Shown here piece by piece: positions 57,383-64,000 of a DNA stretch of 64,000 nucleotides. Made by a program: the position numbers and the translations under genes. Numbering within the stretch: the first letter of the stretch is position 1; each line of letters opens with the position of its first letter. The notes under the pieces are model-generated. The model did not search any database and had not been told where the DNA came from. It saw nothing but the letters and a program-made list of their open reading frames with translations. The DNA comes from a virus: positions 1-64,000 of IMG/VR virus record IMGVR_UViG_3300010885_039212; one strand, 5' to 3'.

Positions 57383-57984
57383 AGGTTAGCCTGTGATTCT
57401 TTCCATACTTTTTCTTTTGGTGCTTTTACAAATCTTTCAACAGGAAGCATCATTGCTGTTGCCCAATCATTAACATCGACTTTCTTAAAAGCTGTTTTTA
57501 CATGAGGTAATAGATAATGTTTTATACAAGGTTCTGCCATTTTATATTTGGAGACTCCTGCGATCAATGACCATGAATATTTGATTCTGGTGGTTCCATC
57601 CATTTTATCGTTATTTTTGAAAACTAATAAACGATCTAAAAGGCGAATACGTAGTGGATATGGAAGATAATGCATATTCAATCCCATAAAACCACCACCA
57701 GGAACTGTGGCATACGGAAACACTAAAGGAAACGTATCATAGTATGGAAGAGTTGCTTTTAATTTTGGATCGTATACAAACATATACAAATTCCCAGGAA
57801 TAATACGTGCTCTTAAATCTTGCGTATTTTCACGCATTAATTGCTGTGGCGTTATCCTTTGCTTCGAAAGAAGCAGTACTTGTTGAGTATACCATGACTT
57901 TGATCTTTTCAGAGAAGATTTGAGGTCGTATTTATTACGCTCAAATACGTCATGCATGCTCGGAGTTTTAGGTGTTGTAGCCAT
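57379..57984 (-). CDS. 2: DNA end protector protein (gp2)
   Basis: YDPKLKATLPYYDTFPL, GLNMHYL, CIKHYL. Confidence 0.88.
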   Translation of the reverse strand: MATTPKTPSMHDVFERNKYDLKSSLKRSKSWYTQQVLLLSKQRITPQQLMRENTQDLRARIIPGNLYMFVYDPKLKATLPYYDTFPLVFPYATVPGGGFMGLNMHYLPYPLRIRLLDRLLVFKNNDKMDGTTRIKYSWSLIAGVSKYKMAEPCIKHYLLPHVKTAFKKVDVNDWATAMMLPVERFVKAPKEKVWKESQANL

Positions 57985-57998
57985 ATTAGTTATTTAGG

Positions 57999-58436
57999 TC
58001 ATTTAATCCCAAGCTCATGCTCTGTAATAATCTTAAATTCCCAACCTCTGTCTTTTGCATACTCAGTCGCAGCTTTCCATTTTGCCTGATTTTTGATAAA
58101 AACTAGGGATTCGTTTAGGTATCTTTGGGTTCTTTTTCCAGGATAAACTGGAGGAATTGTTTGAGCCGATGGTTTAACTTCAACTAAATATGTTCGAAGC
58201 AATCCATCTTTGTTTCTTATCTGAATCTGAAAATCTACAAAGTAACGATGGATTTTATTATCAGTTGGACATCTGTATGGAATTACTGTCTCCTCGGATA
58301 ACCACTTAACAACAGCTGGATTTTTATCGCACCAAGAAGCAAACCTAGTTTCCCAAGAACTTCGCATAATTATGCATGTGGGATCGCCAGAGTATTTTTC
58401 TGGGAACATCGGAACGAAACGTCTTTTATGGAACAT
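57999..58436 (-). CDS. 4: head completion nuclease (gp4)
   Basis: RSSWE, HRYFVDF, EVKP, NQAKWKAA. Confidence 0.9.
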   Translation of the reverse strand: MFHKRRFVPMFPEKYSGDPTCIIMRSSWETRFASWCDKNPAVVKWLSEETVIPYRCPTDNKIHRYFVDFQIQIRNKDGLLRTYLVEVKPSAQTIPPVYPGKRTQRYLNESLVFIKNQAKWKAATEYAKDRGWEFKIITEHELGIK

Positions 58437-58516
58437 AAATAGTAATAGGAATAAATAACCTCATTTATATTTAGCATGTAACCTAAATAATCGATAGCCA
58501 ACTATTAGAGAGCAAA

Positions 58517-59626
58517 ATGGCACTAGACACCAATACATCGCCAGGTAATCGTGGTATGCCCAAAGATACCTTTAATCAAAACACATATAATGTAACTCAC
58601 ACACAATATCCGATTGACTTGTTCAGGAATGATACTGAATATGGCGGTAATTATGTTATATTTTACATTAACATAGCGCAGGATTCTAAACTTATTAAAG
58701 GTAATACCGTAACAACTATTAATGGTAATATATCAAAAAGAGTTCAAAGCGATTTAGTTGGATTAAATTTAAGTAATAAACAACTTATTGAAGCAACTGG
58801 AACTGCAGGTGCTTTTACTGGTGCAGTTGCAGGTGGCATATTTAGTGGTAATGCTATTCGAGGTGCTCTTAAAGGTGCTCTTTTTGGTGGCGTTGCAGGA
58901 ACCGCAGCAACTGGCGTTGCTACAGATGATGAAAGACAACTAGGAACACAAGCAGGAAGACAGAATAAACGTCTTGACCATGCCATCGCTTTACATATAC
59001 CAAACCAACTTAATATCAATTATAGTATGGAATGGCAAACAGATGAAACTTTTGCGTTTCAAGCAGCAGCAGTATCAAATCGTGAAATTGCTAAAGCCAT
59101 TGCATCTGGAACTCACAAAGATATAGATAATGATTCCCGTGTCAAAGAAACTCTTGGAACTATTGCTCAAAGCATTGCATTATCTAAAACTCCAGGAATG
59201 GCTGGTGCTCTTTCTGCAGCAACTGGACTTGCTGCAAACCCAAAGAAAGAACAAATATTTAAAAGCGTAAATTTCCGTGAGTTTACATTTGATTATACAT
59301 TCTCACCAAGAAGTCCTGAAGAAGCACAAGCAGTTAGAAACATAATCTATATGTTCAAACTCCATATGCATCCTGAATATAAAGATGCAAATAATTTTAT
59401 CTTTTTGTATCCATCTGAGTTTGACATTTATTACTACCAAGGTGGTAAAGAAAATCTTAATATACACAGACATCCTTCTTGTGTGCTGAAAAATATGTCA
59501 ATCAATTATACACCAAATGGTGCATTTAACACTTTTGATGATGGTATGCCTACACAAATTAATGTTCAACTACAGTTCGTTGAATTGGCTATCTTGACAA
59601 AAGAAACTATACAGAGTAATTTCTAA
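58517..59626 (+). CDS. 48: baseplate tail-tube cap (gp48)
   Basis: NPKKEQIFKSVNFREFTF, YPSEF, NYTPNG. Confidence 0.8.
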   Translation: MALDTNTSPGNRGMPKDTFNQNTYNVTHTQYPIDLFRNDTEYGGNYVIFYINIAQDSKLIKGNTVTTINGNISKRVQSDLVGLNLSNKQLIEATGTAGAFTGAVAGGIFSGNAIRGALKGALFGGVAGTAATGVATDDERQLGTQAGRQNKRLDHAIALHIPNQLNINYSMEWQTDETFAFQAAAVSNREIAKAIASGTHKDIDNDSRVKETLGTIAQSIALSKTPGMAGALSAATGLAANPKKEQIFKSVNFREFTFDYTFSPRSPEEAQAVRNIIYMFKLHMHPEYKDANNFIFLYPSEFDIYYYQGGKENLNIHRHPSCVLKNMSINYTPNGAFNTFDDGMPTQINVQLQFVELAILTKETIQSNF

Positions 59627-60129
59627 TGGCTTATTTTAATAACTTTCCGCAAATGTTGTACAACTTCCCGATTGGAGGAAGTGATAAAGTAGTTGTCGTT
59701 CGAGACATAACTGCAAATGTAAGAGTTATAAAATCTGTATTGGAAAATATTACTTTATACGATGAATACGATATCGTTGATGGAGAATCTCCAGAAATAG
59801 TTTCAAATAAAGTTTATGAAACTTCTGACTATCATTGGGTTCTAATGATAGTAAACCAGCGTTTTGATTATTTGGCAGATTGGCCAATGACTTACGATAG
59901 ATTGGTTCAATACTGTATTGACAAATATGGAAATACAACTTCTATACATCATTATGAAGATTCGAAATTTAACGTAGTAAATTCTGATTATCCTTCAGCA
60001 ATATCAATAGATAATATAACATATGAAAACCGTATTAATGAATCTAAACGAAGAATAAAAATAATTTCAAAATCTCTTATTCAACAAATAACTAATGAAC
60101 TTAGAACAGTAATGACTCCAAATGGCTAA
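59626..60129 (+). CDS. 53: baseplate wedge subunit (gp53)
   Basis: YFNNFP, GESPEIVS, YHWVLMIVN, NESKRRIK. Confidence 0.85.
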   Translation: MAYFNNFPQMLYNFPIGGSDKVVVVRDITANVRVIKSVLENITLYDEYDIVDGESPEIVSNKVYETSDYHWVLMIVNQRFDYLADWPMTYDRLVQYCIDKYGNTTSIHHYEDSKFNVVNSDYPSAISIDNITYENRINESKRRIKIISKSLIQQITNELRTVMTPNG

Positions 60130-61444
60130 TACATCTTCAAATGATTTAAGATTTGCTGGTGATGTTAACGTCGGCGAAATTACCATAAAATCTTTGGTGA
60201 ATAACTCTGCATTCAACGTAAAGAATCAGTTGTTAACTATTCAACTTTATGAGGATATGTTTTCACCATTTATTACTGGATCTTTAATTTTTAGAGAGTC
60301 TTCAGATTTTGCAAGTAACTTTCCTTTTGTTGGTGAGGAAGTTGTGGACATTAGTATATTTACACCTTCCTTTGATATAAAATATCCTGATAATGGAGTT
60401 ATTAAAGGAAGGTTCTACATTTATAAAATGTCAGATCGTCAGGAAATAGCAGAACGTAATACTGTTTATCAGTTGCATTTTATTTCAGTCGAAGCCATTA
60501 ATGATTTAAATGTAAAAATCTCCAAAGGATTTAACGGTAAAATTTCAGATATTGCAAATGAATTGTTAACTGGCGAAAACGCATTATATACAAAGAAAAA
60601 AGTTTTTATCGAAGAGACAAGTAATAAAACAAAATATGTTTCTAATTTTTGGTCTCCAATCCGCAATATAAATTACATTGTGGATCATGCGTTAAATGAA
60701 AATGAATCGCCCACATATGTTTTTTATGAAAATAGAAATGGGTTCAATTTTATTTCTCTAGACACTTTAAATAGTCAACGACCATTTCAAACATTTCAAC
60801 AATATGATGTGCATCAAATTATAACACCAGATGGTGGTTCCACAAGAGATATAAATTTAGATTTTAGAAAAATAACTGAATTGACTATTCCAGTAAGTTA
60901 TGATTATATGGATAAAGCAACTTCTGGAGTTTATGGTTCTACACTATTGTATAGTGACCTTGGAACTAAAGAATATTTTAATCAAAAGTTTTCATTGTTT
61001 GATAAATGGGGTGATGATACCAAGGAAACACGACTTAATAAATTTCCTGTAGCATCTAATAAACTATTTTCAACATTTAGAGCATCAATGTTTAATGATA
61101 CTATTGAAGTTGGATTGTTTACAGATTATGAAGATGTTTCAAACATAAAGAATAGACAAAAACGTATTTCCAGATTAAAACAAGCAGAAGCCAATAAAAT
61201 TCAAATTGTTGTTTATGGAAGAACAGATTATACAGTTGGTCTTGTTGTTAAAGTTGTAAAATTTAAATCAGCACCAATTGAAAAGAACGACACTGAGAGT
61301 TCTCCCGAAAAGATTTTAGATGGACTTATAAGTGGTAATTATTTGATATCTGCAATCAACCATGTTATAGATGTAGAAAAACACGAGTGCCATATGACCC
61401 TAATTAAAGATTCACTAATTGTTGATTTAAATAACGTATCATGA
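60122..61444 (+). CDS. baseplate hub protein (gp27-like)
   Basis: YEDMFSPFITG, FYEN, SGNYLISAINH; between gp53 and gp5. Confidence 0.65.
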   Translation: MANTSSNDLRFAGDVNVGEITIKSLVNNSAFNVKNQLLTIQLYEDMFSPFITGSLIFRESSDFASNFPFVGEEVVDISIFTPSFDIKYPDNGVIKGRFYIYKMSDRQEIAERNTVYQLHFISVEAINDLNVKISKGFNGKISDIANELLTGENALYTKKKVFIEETSNKTKYVSNFWSPIRNINYIVDHALNENESPTYVFYENRNGFNFISLDTLNSQRPFQTFQQYDVHQIITPDGGSTRDINLDFRKITELTIPVSYDYMDKATSGVYGSTLLYSDLGTKEYFNQKFSLFDKWGDDTKETRLNKFPVASNKLFSTFRASMFNDTIEVGLFTDYEDVSNIKNRQKRISRLKQAEANKIQIVVYGRTDYTVGLVVKVVKFKSAPIEKNDTESSPEKILDGLISGNYLISAINHVIDVEKHECHMTLIKDSLIVDLNNVS

Positions 61445-64000
61445 ACAAATTTTATACAGGTTGCGTAGAAGATAGAAATGACCCACTAAAACTCGGTCGT
61501 TGTCAAGTACGTATTGTTGGTCTTCATACAGAAGATAAAACAATACTACCAACTGCTGATTTACCATGGGCATTCCCAGTAACTCCTATTACATCTGCTG
61601 GTGTTTCTGGAATTGGTACTACACCAATTGGTCCAGTTGAGGGTTCTTGGGTTCTTATTATGTTTATGGATCCAGACCAACAGATGCCTATTATGATGGG
61701 TACTCTTGGTGGTATTTCTCAAATCGCAAATGCAAAAGATGATTCTAAAACAATTCAAGTTGATAGTGTAAGTCCTGATGGAACTATTAACCAGAGTTCA
61801 GGCGATCCTGAAGCAACTACTACAAAAACACCAACTAATTTACAAGATGGTAATATTTCAAAACCAGACGAGATTGTTGGTCCACTTGCAAAACTAATTG
61901 CTGGTGGTGAATCTGGTTCTGCAGGATATGATGCATTCAATAGAGGTAGTGGAGCACCAAAGGGAACTGGTTCTGTTGGTGGTCAAAAATTATCTTTGAC
62001 AGATATGACTATCAAAGATATTATGGACAAACAATCTCTTCCGCCAGGAGATCCTAATAGATTATTTGCAGTTGGTAAATATCAATGTATTCCTTCGACT
62101 TTAAAAGATGCATGTCAGAAACTTAACATTGATGTAAACCAAAGATTCTCTTCATATACACAAGATCTTATATGTCAAGAATATTTGGTAGCACGTAAAC
62201 GACCAAGATTACTTGCTTACTATCGCAATCCAAATAAAAATAATGAAACACTTTTAAAAGAAGCTGGTAAAGCACTTGCTGCTGAATTTGCTTCTATTGA
62301 AGATCCATTCAATCTTAAATTTCCTTATGGTGGTGAAACTGGAACTTATTACAAAAATGGTAATAGAGTTAAAACATCATGGGATACTATTAAAGAGAAC
62401 CTAGTTTCTGAATGGGAGTTTAGAAATAATCCTCAGGCTCCACCAGTAACAACAGCAATTGCAAGTGGTGATAAATTTGCTGCTAAAGGTACAGACTATA
62501 CTGGTGTTCAGAAGTTATTACCAAAAGACGATTCTAAAAAATCTAAACCAACTGAATCTGCTGGTGATAGTCTGGTTGGCGATATAGTTGGAGCTATTGC
62601 TGGTGATATTATTCCAGAAGGTTTAGGTGATGGTTTATTTGATGGTGGTTTTGGAGAATTGCTGGGTGGTATAACAGATCTTGGTGGTTTAACTGATTTG
62701 GCTGATCTTGGTTTAGATTTCGCTGGTCTTGCTGATCTTGGGCTTGGAAATTTAGCTGATTTAGGATTAGGAGATCTTGGAGATCTTGGAGATCTTGGTG
62801 GTTTACTTGGAGATATGGGACTTTCTGGACTTGGTAATCTTGGTCCAGACCTAGTAAGTAATATAACTGAACTGCAAGGACAGATAACTGATTTAACTAA
62901 GTCAATCGGTTTAGATTCACCACTAGATGGAATTCTTGGTAAAACTGCCAATGGTGGGTTTAACTTAAATGGAATGCTTACTGATGCTGGATTTAATGTT
63001 CAGGGAATTGATGTAAATGGTTTAGTTGCTAAAACAACTGGTATTAATGTAAATAATTTAAATGTCAATAGTTTGGTTTCTCAGGCTACTGGTGTTAATT
63101 TGAACAATTTTGCTGGTGGTTTAAATGTTAACAATTTAATTGGTCAATATACTAATGGTGATAGTTTAAATATTAACAACATAATTGGACAGGCTACCCA
63201 AGGATTAAATGTTAACAATTTGATTGGACAGGCTGTTAATGCAAGTGGAGTTAATAGTTTACTTGGACAGGTTACTGGAAATGGTTTAAACCTTAATAGT
63301 ATTCTTGGTCAATCTACTGGGTTAAATCCAAATAATTTATTGGGACAATTTGGTTCTTCATTAAATCAAATTACATCAAGTCTTGGTATTGGTAATCTTT
63401 CAGGATCAGTAACTGGATTAGTTGCAAGTCTTGGATTAACATCTTTCACGCCAAATGCTTTGATGGCTGAGTTAACTAAAATTGCTGGATCAACTCCTGG
63501 ACAAGCAAAAGCAATAGTTTCTAATTTACAAAATGAACCAACGATTCAATTACCAGAAGTTATTGGAGAACAGAAAGCCGATGGTACCATTAGTACTGGT
63601 AGTAATGTAGATCCAAATCGTGGTTTCCAAGATCCTAATGGCAGATACCCAAAATATAAAAACGAACAAGATACAAACAGACTTGCTTCTGGAAACAATC
63701 TTGGAAGAACTATTGTTCTTGAAAAAGAAGCTGCACTAAAAACTGCAGTACCAATTGCCAATGGTGGTACATGGGATCAAGCACCAGTTCCTTATAATGC
63801 TGTTTATCCATATAACAAAGTGACTCAAACTGAATCAGGACATGTGACTGAGTTTGATGATACGCCTGGATCTGAACGTATACATTTCTACCATAAAGCA
63901 GGAACATTTACTGAGACCGATGCCAATGGAACACAGGTAAATCGAATAGTCGGTGATGGTTTTGAAATTATTGAACGTAATGGTTTTGTGTATGTGCAAG
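61441..64000 (+). CDS. 5: baseplate hub subunit/tail spike with lysozyme-like domain (gp5), 3'-truncated; absent from ORF track
   Basis: MNKFYTGCVEDRNDPLKLGRCQVRIVGLH OB domain; GES...AVGKYQ muramidase-like insert; YPYNKV..ESGH..EFDDTPGSERI; no stop seen to window end. Confidence 0.9.
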   Translation, partial: MNKFYTGCVEDRNDPLKLGRCQVRIVGLHTEDKTILPTADLPWAFPVTPITSAGVSGIGTTPIGPVEGSWVLIMFMDPDQQMPIMMGTLGGISQIANAKDDSKTIQVDSVSPDGTINQSSGDPEATTTKTPTNLQDGNISKPDEIVGPLAKLIAGGESGSAGYDAFNRGSGAPKGTGSVGGQKLSLTDMTIKDIMDKQSLPPGDPNRLFAVGKYQCIPSTLKDACQKLNIDVNQRFSSYTQDLICQEYLVARKRPRLLAYYRNPNKNNETLLKEAGKALAAEFASIEDPFNLKFPYGGETGTYYKNGNRVKTSWDTIKENLVSEWEFRNNPQAPPVTTAIASGDKFAAKGTDYTGVQKLLPKDDSKKSKPTESAGDSLVGDIVGAIAGDIIPEGLGDGLFDGGFGELLGGITDLGGLTDLADLGLDFAGLADLGLGNLADLGLGDLGDLGDLGGLLGDMGLSGLGNLGPDLVSNITELQGQITDLTKSIGLDSPLDGILGKTANGGFNLNGMLTDAGFNVQGIDVNGLVAKTTGINVNNLNVNSLVSQATGVNLNNFAGGLNVNNLIGQYTNGDSLNINNIIGQATQGLNVNNLIGQAVNASGVNSLLGQVTGNGLNLNSILGQSTGLNPNNLLGQFGSSLNQITSSLGIGNLSGSVTGLVASLGLTSFTPNALMAELTKIAGSTPGQAKAIVSNLQNEPTIQLPEVIGEQKADGTISTGSNVDPNRGFQDPNGRYPKYKNEQDTNRLASGNNLGRTIVLEKEAALKTAVPIANGGTWDQAPVPYNAVYPYNKVTQTESGHVTEFDDTPGSERIHFYHKAGTFTETDANGTQVNRIVGDGFEIIERNGFVYVQ

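Noticed and set aside
62508-62951. Minus-strand Pro/Ser/Lys-rich ORF; CRISPR-like repeats
   Set aside because: Antisense of gp5 DLG coding repeats; no repeat-spacer structure seen in the window.

Overview
64 kb of an AT-rich, T4-like (Tevenvirinae-related) myophage genome. The host is probably a betaproteobacterium, inferred from the tmRNA tag ANDSQFALAA and the IscU/IscA/ErpA proteins. Left to right: spanin/lysis-like genes, primase, ThyX, class Ia NrdAB, membrane/secreted proteins, early genes behind sigma70 promoters, and RNase H. Next is a ~6 kb array of 26 tRNAs covering all 20 amino acids, with three uncharacterised structured RNAs. Then come more early genes, UvsE, PhoH, a GH19 endolysin, Fe-S genes, a circularly permuted tmRNA, ClpP, gp33/gp59/gp32, and the baseplate/packaging block (gp29-like, gp51, gp26, gp16, gp54-like, gp2, gp4, gp48, gp53, gp27-like, gp5 running off the end). 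The best candidate for a new system is a translation-surveillance/rescue module. The tRNA array is preceded by a promoter, a leaderless 37-codon leader peptide using all 20 amino acids within its first 31 codons, mutually exclusive antiterminator/terminator hairpins and a boxA-like site. This looks like an attenuator that switches on a complete replacement tRNA set when ribosomes stall on any codon. An ArfA-like peptide, the tmRNA, ClpP and a CCA-ended RNA with two identical anticodon-like arms fit the same theme. All product calls are from motif recognition by eye; no searches were run.
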